Source of the DNA: Candidatus Daviesbacteria bacterium
Lineage (GTDB): Bacteria; Patescibacteriota; Microgenomatia; Daviesbacterales; UBA10151
Direction of reading: 5' to 3'
Length of the DNA stretch: 64,000 nt
NCBI GenBank assembly: GCA_028715175.1
Contig: JAQUSJ010000001.1
Span: 212,550-276,549, forward strand
The notes under the pieces were generated by a model. The model was not told the DNA's origin. It made no database searches and saw nothing but the letters and a program-made list of their open reading frames with translations. Within the stretch, counting starts at the first letter, position 1, and every line of letters starts with the position of its first letter. Positions 43,476-53,660 of this stretch are shown piece by piece. A program made the translations under genes and the position numbers.

Positions 43476-46105
43476 AAAGAATCAGAAACAAAAACAAAAT
43501 AGCAGCTAAGCCCACTCTGCAGGTGGTGGCTGTGCCTAGAGTTCATGACAGGAGAAAGACTAATGGTGAAGATCGATTTAAGAGGTTGGATAAAAATGGT
43601 CGCACTTTTGAAACAAGATTTATTCCGCGCTATAAATTTATACCAGAGTTGCCGGGCGGTTTGCCTGAACCAACATTCTCTGAGAGTGCAAATAAAATTT
43701 TGAATGAAAGATATCTTCTAAAGAGCAGTAATTTGGAAATAGCTGAAACTGTTGCGGAGAGATTTTGGCATATTGCTTTTGATATTGCCTCAGGTGATAT
43801 TGATTTTGGTGCAACTACAAAAAATGTGACAGAGTTGGCAAAAAGTTTCTATACCATGATGGTGCGCCAGGAATTTTTGCCTAATTCTCCGACAATAATG
43901 AATGCCGGAAAACAAAACGGGTTGCAGTATTCTGCCTGTTTTGTTTTGCCGATTGGGGATTCGCTGCCGGAAATTTTTGATACCATAAAATATGCGGCTT
44001 TGATTCACCAAACAGGCGGAGGAACGGGTTTTGCTTTTTCCAGGCTTCGCCCGGCAGGGAGCATTGTCAATACCACAGGCGGTGTGGCCTCCGGACCGGT
44101 TTCGTTTTTGCGGGTATTTAATGCTGCTACAGAATCTATTAAGCAGGGCGGTACGAGACGTGGGGCGAATATGGGAATTTTGCGGGTTGACCACCCCGAT
44201 ATTCTGGAATTTATCAGGTGCAAGGCAGAATTGGATGATTTAAATAAACCGGTATATGAAGGTATCGCCCAGTTCTTGCCGGATTCCTCTGTCAGAGACT
44301 TTGTCAAGACTTTGCTTTTGGATAAGCAGATTGCCAATTTTAATATCTCTGTAGCGCTGACAAATAAATTTATGGAAGCGCTGGCAAAAGGCAAAGATTA
44401 TGATTTGGTGAATCCCGGCAACGGAGAGGTAGTTGGCAAATTAAACTCAAGAGAGGTTTTTGATGAGATTGTGGAACGGGCTTGGAAAACAGGTGATCCA
44501 GGACTTATATTTATTGACAGGATTAATGATTCACCTTCCAATCCGGTGCCATCTTTAGAAACTATTGAATCTACTAATCCATGCGGTGAACAACCTCTGG
44601 CTCCCTGGGACGCATGTAATTTAGGATCCATAAATTTGGGTAAATTTGTCCGCCAGTTGGCGGATGGGAGTTTGGATGTGGATTGGGAAAGATTGGAACA
44701 AACTACCAAACTGGCGGTACATTTTCTGGATAATGTGGTTCAGACAAATCCCTTTACCTTAAAACAAATTTATGATGAAGTGCATCAAAACAGAAGGATA
44801 GGTCTTGGGGTAATGGGTTTTGCCGACATGTTGTTTAAGCTAAAGATTTCATATAACTCTGTGGAAGCGTTGAGCCTGGCCGGCAGACTAATGAAGTTCA
44901 TTAATGAAGTAGGACACGGCGCTTCGCAAGGTCTGGCAGTGGAAAGAGGTCCTTTTCCAAACTGGACCCTGTCAATTTATGCCGATAAACACTCTTCTGC
45001 TTTCAAAAACAGGCCTGAATCCAGTGCTTATGTTGGCGGAAGAAAAATCAGGAATTCAACAATTACAACCATTGCCCCAACAGGCACGATTTCTATTATT
45101 GGGGATTGTTCCTCCGGAATTGAGCCGGTATTTGCGCTTAGCTTTATCCATAAAGCTAAAGCTAAAGGTGATGAATACAGGACATTAACCATCGCCAATC
45201 AAACTTTTGCCGATATTGCTAAAGAACAGGGTTTTTGGAGCGAAGACCTGGCAGCTAAGGTACTTGAGCATGGGTCTGTTAGAAATATCCCTGATGTGCC
45301 GGAAGACTGGCAGAAAGTTTTTGTGACGGCCCAGGAGATTGAGCCAGTGTGGCATGTTAGAATGCAGGCAGCTTTCCAGGCATATACGGATAATGGGGTT
45401 TCTAAAACAATAAACCTTCCCGGTATCGCAACGCGTGATGATGTAAGGACTGCATACATGATGGCTTATGAGACAGGTTGTAACGGGATAACAATTTATA
45501 GGGACGGTTCCAAAAGTACCCAGGTTTTAAATGTTTCTTCCAGTTTGAATGAACAAGTCGAATCTGAATCGGCTCCCATTGCCGAGAGGCCGATGATCCT
45601 CCGGGGTAGGACTTACAAGGTTTCAACGCCTGTGGGGGAGGCTTTTATTACTGTTAACAGGGATGCAAGCGGTCAACCTTTTGAAGTTTTTGTAACTGTC
45701 GGGAGAGCCGGTATGCACACTATGGCAGATGCGGAAGCTATGGGACGACTGGTTTCCTTATCGCTTCGTTTGGCAAGAGGAGCAAAAGAAACAGATCCAA
45801 AAGCAGTAGCATTGAAAATTGTCGGACAACTGCGGGGGATTGGTGGAGCATCATCAGTAGGTTTTGGAAAAAATAGGGTGCAGAGTTTGGCAGATGCAAT
45901 TGCCAAAGTTTTGGCAGAAGACTTAGCGGAGACTGGAACGGAGGAGACTGCGGAAACTTTACCGCAGTCAAATACAGGTACAGATGACGTGACACCGGCT
46001 CTATCACACAACCAGGCAGATCTTTGTCCGGAATGCGGCAGTGTTTCTTTCGTGATGGAAGAAGGCTGCAAAAAATGTCACTCATGTGGATACTCCATGT
46101 GTTAA
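43472..46105 (+). CDS. nrdJ: adenosylcobalamin-dependent (class II) ribonucleotide reductase, with ~70-aa basic N-terminal extension and C-terminal Cys4 zinc finger
   Basis: NSPTIMNAGK, CFVL, active-site segments; C-terminal CPECG...CKKCHSCG. Confidence 0.8.
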   Translation: MKRIRNKNKIAAKPTLQVVAVPRVHDRRKTNGEDRFKRLDKNGRTFETRFIPRYKFIPELPGGLPEPTFSESANKILNERYLLKSSNLEIAETVAERFWHIAFDIASGDIDFGATTKNVTELAKSFYTMMVRQEFLPNSPTIMNAGKQNGLQYSACFVLPIGDSLPEIFDTIKYAALIHQTGGGTGFAFSRLRPAGSIVNTTGGVASGPVSFLRVFNAATESIKQGGTRRGANMGILRVDHPDILEFIRCKAELDDLNKPVYEGIAQFLPDSSVRDFVKTLLLDKQIANFNISVALTNKFMEALAKGKDYDLVNPGNGEVVGKLNSREVFDEIVERAWKTGDPGLIFIDRINDSPSNPVPSLETIESTNPCGEQPLAPWDACNLGSINLGKFVRQLADGSLDVDWERLEQTTKLAVHFLDNVVQTNPFTLKQIYDEVHQNRRIGLGVMGFADMLFKLKISYNSVEALSLAGRLMKFINEVGHGASQGLAVERGPFPNWTLSIYADKHSSAFKNRPESSAYVGGRKIRNSTITTIAPTGTISIIGDCSSGIEPVFALSFIHKAKAKGDEYRTLTIANQTFADIAKEQGFWSEDLAAKVLEHGSVRNIPDVPEDWQKVFVTAQEIEPVWHVRMQAAFQAYTDNGVSKTINLPGIATRDDVRTAYMMAYETGCNGITIYRDGSKSTQVLNVSSSLNEQVESESAPIAERPMILRGRTYKVSTPVGEAFITVNRDASGQPFEVFVTVGRAGMHTMADAEAMGRLVSLSLRLARGAKETDPKAVALKIVGQLRGIGGASSVGFGKNRVQSLADAIAKVLAEDLAETGTEETAETLPQSNTGTDDVTPALSHNQADLCPECGSVSFVMEEGCKKCHSCGYSMC

Positions 46106-46135
46106 GCTTTCCACCCCAAGGGCACAAAAATATCT

Positions 46136-46177
46136 AAATATCCGCAGGTGTCAATACAAATCCACCCCAAGGGTGGA
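46136..46177. repeat. 42-bp direct repeat, left copy (AAATATCCGCAGGTGTCAATACAAATCCACCCCAAGGGTGGA)
   Basis: Direct reading. Confidence 0.8.
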
Positions 46178-46190
46178 TACGGCTGTCAGT

Positions 46191-46841
46191 CTAGTCTTCA
46201 ACATCTAATAGTTGGTGTTTTATTAATTCCAATTTCTGGGCATAATCAACTTGGTCTAGAACAAATCGCTGATAGTGTTTGGATGATTTGAAGAGACATA
46301 GGATAGCTTCTTTATTACAAATTCCGTCGGTATCATTCTCAATGTATTCCCTATAAGAAGACCAGCGATATTGATTTAGATCTTTTACCAAAAATGAAGC
46401 AATTGGATTTAAATGGATGTAACGGGAAGCATGGCTTAATTGCTCATCAGATTCTATAAGTACTGCCTTAAATTCTCCTTGCAGCAGAGGACCAACACGG
46501 TTATATTTTACATTGTAATATTTAGTATAACTGTTGCTTAGCTTGCTAATAAATTCTGTAATTCCACCATCTTTTAACTGTTTTATTAGGAAATGAAAAT
46601 GATTTGACATGAGGCAATAACAGATTATTTCAACTATTTTTTTGCTTGAATCAGGTTTGAAAATTGAATAAGCGAGAAATTTAGAAAGTTTTGGCTTGGG
46701 TCCTGCAAGCTGGTAGTAACACATTGTTTTAATGAGTCGTGAATAATCCCAACTTTTTTCAAAAATACTTCTTTTTTCTACACCACGATTGTAAATGTGG
46801 TAATATTGCCCGTTTACAAATGGAAAAATTCTAGAAGGCAT
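46191..46841 (-). CDS. REP-associated tyrosine transposase (RAYT) / IS200-like HUH Y1 transposase
   Basis: HUH motif (MSNHFHFLI) and C-terminal catalytic Tyr motif (SHASRYIHLNPI). Confidence 0.7.
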   Translation of the reverse strand: MPSRIFPFVNGQYYHIYNRGVEKRSIFEKSWDYSRLIKTMCYYQLAGPKPKLSKFLAYSIFKPDSSKKIVEIICYCLMSNHFHFLIKQLKDGGITEFISKLSNSYTKYYNVKYNRVGPLLQGEFKAVLIESDEQLSHASRYIHLNPIASFLVKDLNQYRWSSYREYIENDTDGICNKEAILCLFKSSKHYQRFVLDQVDYAQKLELIKHQLLDVED

Positions 46842-46859
46842 CTGAAGCTAGCATAGCTT

Positions 46860-46901
46860 AAATATCCGCAGGTGTCAATACCAATCCACCCCAAGGGTGG
46901 A
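46860..46901. repeat. 42-bp direct repeat, right copy (one mismatch versus the left copy)
   Basis: Direct reading. Confidence 0.8.
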
Positions 46902-46937
46902 CATTTTACTATAGACATGGTTTGTTAAAATCAGCTC

Positions 46938-47471
46938 ATGAATAAAGAAAAAGGTTTGGTTATTTTATATACCGGTGAGGGGAAGGGGAAAACCACGGCT
47001 GCCTTGGGTTTGGTTCTTCGGGCTGTGGGCCATCAGAAAAAGTGTCTGGTAGTCCAGTTCGGAAAAGCCTGGTTTACCGGTGAGCTTGAAGGGGTTAGAC
47101 ATCTTAAGCCTTATGTCAAATTTATCCAGGGAGGTAAAGGGTTTGTCAAGATTTTAGGAGACGATCTTCCCCTAAAAGAACACAAACAGGTTGCTAATGA
47201 CACCTTTAAGCTATTATCTAAAGAGATTATCTCTGGAAAATGGGATGTGGTGGTGGCAGATGAAATAATTGGGGCAACCTCATCCAGACTTCTTCCCGAG
47301 AGCTTGGTTTTGAAATTAATTGCAGATAAACCTGAGGAGTTGGATTTAGTATTAACCGGTCACCATGCATCAAAGAAATTAATTGGGATGGCGGATTTAG
47401 TAACCGAAATGCGGGAAGCAAAACATCCTTACCAAAAAGGAATTCTGGCAAAAAAGGGTATTGACTTTTAG
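46938..47471 (+). CDS. cobO: ATP:cob(I)alamin adenosyltransferase (CobA/CobO/BtuR type)
   Basis: VILYTGEGKGKTTAALGLVLRAVGHQKKCLVVQFGK P-loop signature. Confidence 0.8.
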   Translation: MNKEKGLVILYTGEGKGKTTAALGLVLRAVGHQKKCLVVQFGKAWFTGELEGVRHLKPYVKFIQGGKGFVKILGDDLPLKEHKQVANDTFKLLSKEIISGKWDVVVADEIIGATSSRLLPESLVLKLIADKPEELDLVLTGHHASKKLIGMADLVTEMREAKHPYQKGILAKKGIDF

Positions 47472-47509
47472 CACTCATTGCACTAAACTGCTAATAGTTT
47501 TAAGAAAAT

Positions 47510-49942
47510 ATGGTTGATTTCATTAAATCGATTACGCCAACTTCAACAGAACCTTTAAAGTTGAAACCGACTATGCCGGTTGGTCCGCTTAGGGATACGG
47601 TTATTTTTCCCGGCAACTCAGTCCCGATTATATCCGGTAGACCAAGATCTAAAGCCGCGCTAGATGTGGTATGGAATAGCGATAAATTGATAGTTTTTGT
47701 TACTCAAAAAAATTCCCGGATTGAAGACCCGACAGAAAAAGATCTGTATAAAGTTGGTACTGTTTGTCTGATAAGACGGGTAGTTAAAAATCCTGAAGGA
47801 GAATATACACTGCAGGCAGAAGGGCTTTCCAGGGTGTACTTAAAAAGCTTTACCAAGATAGAGCCTTATTTAGAAGCGGAAATAGAAGAAATCCCCGAAC
47901 TTTACGAAAAAAGCGAACAAACAGAAGCATTGGTTAGAACTGTTAGAGAACAAATGAAACGGTTTCTGGAGTTGGGCGGTAACCCATTTTTTGACCAAAG
48001 CAATTTCGCCAACTGGTCCCTTTTTACCTATAGCGATGATCCCAATCAGTTGGTAAACTCGATAACTCAATCTATAGATTTTAAAACCATAGACAAACAA
48101 CAGATTCTAGAAATGGTTTCTGCAGGGGAGCGGTTGCAACGGCTATCTGAGCTTTTGGCAAAAGAGATAAGAATTCTGGAAATATCCCAGAAAATTTCAT
48201 CGCAAACTCAAGAGCGTGTTTCCAAAATGACCAAGGAAGCAATACTGCGGGAACAGATGAAGAGCATCGAAGAAGAGCTGGGCGGGGCAGATACAGAGCA
48301 TCAGGAAATTAAAGAATTTGAACTCAAAATCAAAAAGAGCGGCATGCCGAAAGAGGTTTTGGAAAGGGCAAAGAAAGAACTGGGGAGGTTGGCCAAGATG
48401 TCTTCCTACAACCCGGAAGCAGGCTATATCAGAAATTATCTGGAATGGTTGACAGATTTACCCTGGAAGCACAGTAAAAAAGGTAAAGTTGATTTGAAAA
48501 AAGCAGAGGGAATTTTGGAAGAAGATCACTACGGTTTAAAGAAAGTAAAAGAGCGTATTCTTGAGTATCTGGCTGTTTACAAGCTTGCAGGCAAAATGAG
48601 AGGACCGATCCTTTGTTTCGTCGGCCCGCCGGGTACAGGTAAAACTTCCATCGGAAAATCTATTGCCAGAGCTTTGAGCCGGAAATTTATCAAAGTATCT
48701 CTGGGTGGAATACGTGATGAGGCGGAAATAAGAGGACACCGCAGAACTTATGTCGGTTCTATGCCGGGTAGGATTATCCAGGGAATAAAACAGGCCGGCA
48801 CCACCAACCCGGTTTTTATGCTGGATGAGATTGATAAAATCGGGACAGACTACAGAGGCGATCCTTCGGCAGCACTTCTTGAGGCGCTTGATCCTGAACA
48901 AAACGAAGGCTTTTCCGATCATTATTTGGAAGTCTCATACGATCTTTCCAATGTTATGTTCATTACAACTGCAAATATTTTGGACACAATTCCACCGGCG
49001 CTTCGGGACAGGCTTGAAGTGATCAGATACCCGGGTTACACGGAAGATGAAAAGTTCCATATTGCTAAAAAATTCTTAATTCCCAAGCAAATGCAAAATC
49101 ATGGGTTCAAAAAGGACCAGATTGAGTTTCAAGATGAAGCTATTTATTCAATTATTAGGGGTTACACAAGAGAGGCCGGAGTTAGAAATTTGGAAAGAGA
49201 AATCTCAGCGGTCCTAAGAAAGGTGGCAAGAAAAATAGCAGAAGGAAATGGTGAGGTGAAGAAATTTATAATCCTTTCTAAGGATATCCATAGTTTTCTG
49301 GGACCAATCAAATTCTTACCAATTTTGGCTGAAAAGATGGATGAAATCGGGATGGTTACCGGTCTTTCTGTGACAGAGGCCGGAGGAGAGATTTTGTTTA
49401 TTGAAGTCACTTTAATGCCCGGAAAAGGCAATTTGCTTTTGACAGGACAACTGGGGGATGTGATGAAAGAGTCTGGTCAAGCAGCAATGTCTTATGTTAG
49501 GGCTCACTGGGCTGATTTGGGATTGCCGGAGCGGTTTTTCCAAAAGGTTGATGTGCATGTTCATGTTCCGGAAGGAGCAATTCCAAAAGATGGCCCCTCA
49601 GCAGGGATAGCTCTTACAACTGCCATTGTTTCCGCATTCACAAAAATTCCGGTCCATAAAGATATAGCCATGACCGGTGAGGTTACGTTAAGAGGACGAG
49701 TTTTGGAAATAGGTGGATTCAAAGAAAAAGTTTTGGCAGCTCACCGGGCCGGAGTAAAAGTTATAATTGCACCCTCTGATAATGAAAAAGATTTGGAAGA
49801 TATTCCGGATTATGTACAAAAGGATCTTAAATTTATCTTTGTCAAACATATGGATGATGTTTTGAAGGTGGCACTGATTAGGTCTCCTCAACCAGCACCA
49901 CGAAAAAGAATCCCAATTTCTCCACCAGCATATCTGGCTTAA
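47510..49942 (+). CDS. lon: ATP-dependent Lon protease
   Basis: LON N-domain, Walker A (GPPGTGKTS), Ser-Lys dyad region (KDGPSAG...K). Confidence 0.9.
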   Translation: MVDFIKSITPTSTEPLKLKPTMPVGPLRDTVIFPGNSVPIISGRPRSKAALDVVWNSDKLIVFVTQKNSRIEDPTEKDLYKVGTVCLIRRVVKNPEGEYTLQAEGLSRVYLKSFTKIEPYLEAEIEEIPELYEKSEQTEALVRTVREQMKRFLELGGNPFFDQSNFANWSLFTYSDDPNQLVNSITQSIDFKTIDKQQILEMVSAGERLQRLSELLAKEIRILEISQKISSQTQERVSKMTKEAILREQMKSIEEELGGADTEHQEIKEFELKIKKSGMPKEVLERAKKELGRLAKMSSYNPEAGYIRNYLEWLTDLPWKHSKKGKVDLKKAEGILEEDHYGLKKVKERILEYLAVYKLAGKMRGPILCFVGPPGTGKTSIGKSIARALSRKFIKVSLGGIRDEAEIRGHRRTYVGSMPGRIIQGIKQAGTTNPVFMLDEIDKIGTDYRGDPSAALLEALDPEQNEGFSDHYLEVSYDLSNVMFITTANILDTIPPALRDRLEVIRYPGYTEDEKFHIAKKFLIPKQMQNHGFKKDQIEFQDEAIYSIIRGYTREAGVRNLEREISAVLRKVARKIAEGNGEVKKFIILSKDIHSFLGPIKFLPILAEKMDEIGMVTGLSVTEAGGEILFIEVTLMPGKGNLLLTGQLGDVMKESGQAAMSYVRAHWADLGLPERFFQKVDVHVHVPEGAIPKDGPSAGIALTTAIVSAFTKIPVHKDIAMTGEVTLRGRVLEIGGFKEKVLAAHRAGVKVIIAPSDNEKDLEDIPDYVQKDLKFIFVKHMDDVLKVALIRSPQPAPRKRIPISPPAYLA

Positions 49943-50006
49943 ATTATCTTCTTGACTAATTCTAGGTAGGTAGTGTAAATTCTAAGATACTGCTCCGAAA
50001 GACTTC

Positions 50007-52013
50007 ATGGATTTCATATTAAATAATGCAAATTTAATAATTTGGGCTGCGGTGGCGGCTGCGCTTCTGTATGGCTTTTGGCTTATTATTGAAATTTTAA
50101 GAAAAGATTCCGGCGATGAAAAAATGAAAGAGATTGCCTCTGCCATTCAAATCGGAGCCTCAGCATATTTGCAAAGACAATACAAGGTGGTTGCCATGGT
50201 TGCTCTGGTTCTTGCGGCACTGATCTACTACGCATTGGGTAAAGATACTGCGATTGGATTTTTGATAGGTGCTTTTCTTTCGGCTCTGGCCGGTTTTATC
50301 GGCATGAGTGTGGCAGTGAGGGCTAATGTCCGTGTGACGGAGGAAGCTAAGAAAGGTTTATCCGGGGCTTTTATTTTGGCATATAAAGGCGGGGCAGTGA
50401 CAGGATTTCTGGTGGTAGGTTTAGCGCTCGCCGCAGTTTACGGGTTTTTTCAATATACCAATGGAGATCTGAAATCTTTAGTAGGGTTGGGGTTTGGCGG
50501 CTCTTTGATAAGTGTTTTTGCCCGGCTTGGCGGGGGCATATTCACTAAAGGTGCGGATGTCGGGGCGGATTTAGTGGGGAAGATTGAAGCAGGAATTCCT
50601 GAAGACGATCCGAGAAACCCGGCTGTCATTGCGGATAATGTGGGGGATAATGTCGGGGATTGTGCCGGAATGGCGGCAGATATTTTTGAAACCTATATTG
50701 TGACCGCCATTGCCTCTATGATATTAGGCCAACTCTTGTTTCCAGGATACAGCAATGCCGTGATGTTTCCCCTCTTAATCCTTGCTATGGGAATCCTGGC
50801 TTCGATTGTAGGATCGTTCTTTGTTAAATTGACGGGTAAAAACATCATGAAAGCTCTTTATAAAGGGATGATAGCAACTAGCGCTGTTTGCGCAGTTTTA
50901 TTTTATCCTGTTGCCTACAGCGTTATGGGAGACAACGGTATCATAAGCGTTTTTAATTTATACCTGGCATCTTTAATCGGAATACTGGTGACTGCGGGAA
51001 TGGTACTCATAACCGAATATTATACAGGTACGGAGTACTCCCCTGTCCAAAATTTAAGCCTGGCTTCCAAAACAGGCCATGCCACCAATATCATTGCAGG
51101 ACTTGCTTTGTCTATGCGTTCAACTTTTGCTCCGGTAATTTTAATCTCCGCAGCGGTATTATTAAGTTTTATGTTTGCGGGGCTTTATGGAATTGCTTTG
51201 GCCGGTGTGGCAATGCTTTCTTTAGCCGGAATTGTAGTGGCGATAGATGCATTTGGTCCGATTACAGATAATGCAGGCGGAATTGCAGAGATGGCAGATC
51301 TCCCGTCGAAAGTTCGCGATGTGACAGATCCGCTGGATGCTGTCGGGAATACGACTAAGGCTGTGACTAAAGGATATGCGATTGCTTCGGCAGCACTGGC
51401 AGCAATGGTTTTGTTTACAGCATATGCTCAGGAATTTTCTTCTCAAGGCTCGCAGTTGCAGTTTTCATTATCAGACCCTAATGTTTTGATAGGACTTTTT
51501 ATTGGTGGTTCGCTTCCCTACCTTTTTGCCTCCTATGCAATGGAAGCTGTAGGGCGGGCCGGAGGGGCAGTGGTTGAGGAAGTAAGGCGTCAGTTTAAGA
51601 CGATAAAGGGGATTATGGAAGGTAAGGCAAAACCTGATTATGCAAAGTGTGTTGATATTGTGACTCAATCGGCGCAAAAGGAGATGATTGTACCTGCTTT
51701 GATCCCTGTTTTGTCGCCGGTCATTGTGGGATTTGCCTTGGGTCCGGTGGCTTTGGGCGGGATGCTGGTGGGATCAATTGTGACAGGGATTTTTGTGGCG
51801 GTTTCTATGACCACAGGAGGCGCTGCCTGGGATAATGCCAAAAAGTATATTGAGTCGGGTAAGTTTGGAGGGAAGGGTTCTGAAACCCATAAAGCAGCAG
51901 TCACAGGGGATACAGTTGGCGACCCTTACAAGGATACAGCCGGTCCGGCAATAAACCCCATGATAAAAGTTGTTAATATCGTTGCCTTACTTCTGGTACC
52001 ATTCTTAAGATAA
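50007..52013 (+). CDS. hppA: membrane-bound proton/sodium-translocating pyrophosphatase
   Basis: [26 protein letters not shown] and other H+-PPase signatures; ~16 TM. Confidence 0.9.
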   Translation: MDFILNNANLIIWAAVAAALLYGFWLIIEILRKDSGDEKMKEIASAIQIGASAYLQRQYKVVAMVALVLAALIYYALGKDTAIGFLIGAFLSALAGFIGMSVAVRANVRVTEEAKKGLSGAFILAYKGGAVTGFLVVGLALAAVYGFFQYTNGDLKSLVGLGFGGSLISVFARLGGGIFTKGADVGADLVGKIEAGIPEDDPRNPAVIADNVGDNVGDCAGMAADIFETYIVTAIASMILGQLLFPGYSNAVMFPLLILAMGILASIVGSFFVKLTGKNIMKALYKGMIATSAVCAVLFYPVAYSVMGDNGIISVFNLYLASLIGILVTAGMVLITEYYTGTEYSPVQNLSLASKTGHATNIIAGLALSMRSTFAPVILISAAVLLSFMFAGLYGIALAGVAMLSLAGIVVAIDAFGPITDNAGGIAEMADLPSKVRDVTDPLDAVGNTTKAVTKGYAIASAALAAMVLFTAYAQEFSSQGSQLQFSLSDPNVLIGLFIGGSLPYLFASYAMEAVGRAGGAVVEEVRRQFKTIKGIMEGKAKPDYAKCVDIVTQSAQKEMIVPALIPVLSPVIVGFALGPVALGGMLVGSIVTGIFVAVSMTTGGAAWDNAKKYIESGKFGGKGSETHKAAVTGDTVGDPYKDTAGPAINPMIKVVNIVALLLVPFLR

Positions 52014-52038
52014 ATTTGTTATCCTTTAAACAAATAAT

Positions 52039-53136
52039 ATGGATAGTGAAAAAGTGAGTGATTCTGCTCTATTAGATAGCCCTATCCCTCTTGAACTATA
52101 TTCTTTAGCAGGATGGAAAGAAGTTCCAATTAGGGAAAACGGTGAACCTTTAGTTCCACTGGGGCCATTTTCTGGAAGTGATGAAATTTTTACCCATGCA
52201 ATATATTTTGGTGAAAAAAAAGACTCCCCTTATCCAAGCGGGTCTTTAGAAGGAAGCTTGGTGACTATGTTTGTACGCCAAGAGGTAGTCAGACAGCTCA
52301 AAAGAGCACAAGCTCTTTTACCTTCAGGGATGCATTTGCTTGTTTTTGATGCCTATCGTACCTTGCAAGTTCAACAATCTTTGTATGATGTGTATCTAAA
52401 TGAATTAAAGAAAATACATCCTGATTGGACAGACGACCAATTATCAGTTGACACTCAAAGGTATGTTTCTGTACCCTCAACAGATTCTAATCGTCCATCG
52501 CCGCATAATACCGGTGGTGCTGTTGATGTGGCAATTTTTCAGCTTCCTGAAGAGGTAGAGATAGATGTGCAACGAATTAATAACGAGCTGGCCACGTTAG
52601 AAAATAAGGATTGGGAGGAGGCATATAGATTGGAAATGAGAAAAATTGGTCTGATTGAAGCAAACATGCAGCTACTGAATTTTGGTACTAGATTTGATTA
52701 TGGAGGAGTTGAAGCTTCTCTTAATTATTTTGAAAAACTGGCTACTAAAAGGAGTTTAACTGCTGAGGAACAAGAGGCCCAAAGCAACAGAAGACTTCTT
52801 TATAACACTATGGTAAATGTTGGTTTTGAGCCGTATGAGGATGAATGGTGGCATTTTAATTCTAAAAAATCCCAGATGGGCGCAAAGGTAGCGGGTTTAG
52901 ATCATGCTGAGTATGGTCCAATGCAGCTTTCTCCTGAAAACTCTGCACATGAGAAGATGCGTAGAGATCATTGGACTGGTTCAGTAATAATTTCCAACCA
53001 TGATTTTGGTTCCAAGTTAGGATTACCTCTTTCACCAGCAATGAGAGCAGCCCAGGCAGGTGTTTCTGAAGTAGGCGATATTAGAAATACTCAATCACCT
53101 TGCGCAGAAGTCATAACACCACAAAAACCTACGTGA
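52039..53136 (+). CDS. VanX/DdpX-like D-Ala-D-Ala dipeptidase (peptidase M15D) with N- and C-terminal extensions
   Basis: SxHxxGxAxD motif (SPHNTGGAVDVAI) and DEWWHF motif. Confidence 0.65.
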   Translation: MDSEKVSDSALLDSPIPLELYSLAGWKEVPIRENGEPLVPLGPFSGSDEIFTHAIYFGEKKDSPYPSGSLEGSLVTMFVRQEVVRQLKRAQALLPSGMHLLVFDAYRTLQVQQSLYDVYLNELKKIHPDWTDDQLSVDTQRYVSVPSTDSNRPSPHNTGGAVDVAIFQLPEEVEIDVQRINNELATLENKDWEEAYRLEMRKIGLIEANMQLLNFGTRFDYGGVEASLNYFEKLATKRSLTAEEQEAQSNRRLLYNTMVNVGFEPYEDEWWHFNSKKSQMGAKVAGLDHAEYGPMQLSPENSAHEKMRRDHWTGSVIISNHDFGSKLGLPLSPAMRAAQAGVSEVGDIRNTQSPCAEVITPQKPT

Positions 53137-53163
53137 ATTTGGTTTTATATTTACAACGTTTAC

Positions 53164-53200
53164 AAACCCGGTTTGTCAATACGAATTCAAACCGGGTTTT
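53164..53200. terminator. bidirectional terminator hairpin between convergent genes (AAACCCGGTTTG-13 nt-CAAACCGGGTTT flanked by A/T runs)
   Basis: 12-bp perfect stem. Confidence 0.6.
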
Positions 53201-53220
53201 CAGGTTGGTTATGGTGCTTA

Positions 53221-53637
53221 TTAGGTAAGTCCGCCAGCTGGCGGAGGAGGTGGCTGGTTGCCAAAAAGGGCATTTTTTACCTCATTCACTACTTGATCTG
53301 GGGTATAAGATGCTTTAATCAAATAAGCCTGGGCCCCCAGCTCAAACCCTTCTTTTATAACCGCTTCCTGACCTAAATTTGTTAAAAGAATGGTGATCAT
53401 CGGGGAGTTTGGGTTTTGGGTTTTAAATTCGCGGAGCAGTTGCAAACCATTAATCCCCGGAAGCATGATATCCAAAAGAAGTAAATCAAAAGGTTCATTT
53501 TTTAGTGTTTCCAAACCGCTTTGTCCGTCCACTGCGCTTTTCACCGCAAATCCTGCTTTGGCGAGCTGCCTTGTGTACAACTCCCTGATGAAATCCTCGT
53601 CTTCAACAAGTAAAATTTTCTTTGGTGTCGGACCCAT
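53221..53637 (-). CDS. stand-alone response regulator receiver domain (CheY-like) with C-terminal Pro/Gly tail
   Basis: LLVEDED...DLLLLDIMLPG...K receiver motifs; no output domain. Confidence 0.8.
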   Translation of the reverse strand: MGPTPKKILLVEDEDFIRELYTRQLAKAGFAVKSAVDGQSGLETLKNEPFDLLLLDIMLPGINGLQLLREFKTQNPNSPMITILLTNLGQEAVIKEGFELGAQAYLIKASYTPDQVVNEVKNALFGNQPPPPPAGGLT

Positions 53638-53660
53638 ATACTTTATTTTATATTAATAGT

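Larger units (their letters stand above)
46109..46901. mobile_element. IS200/IS605- or REPtron-like element: HUH Y1 transposase gene bounded by 42-bp direct repeats that each end in a TCCACCC-CAA-GGGTGGA hairpin
   Basis: DR1 46136-46177 and DR2 46860-46901 (41/42 identical); extra degenerate hairpin copy at 46109-46125. Confidence 0.6.
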
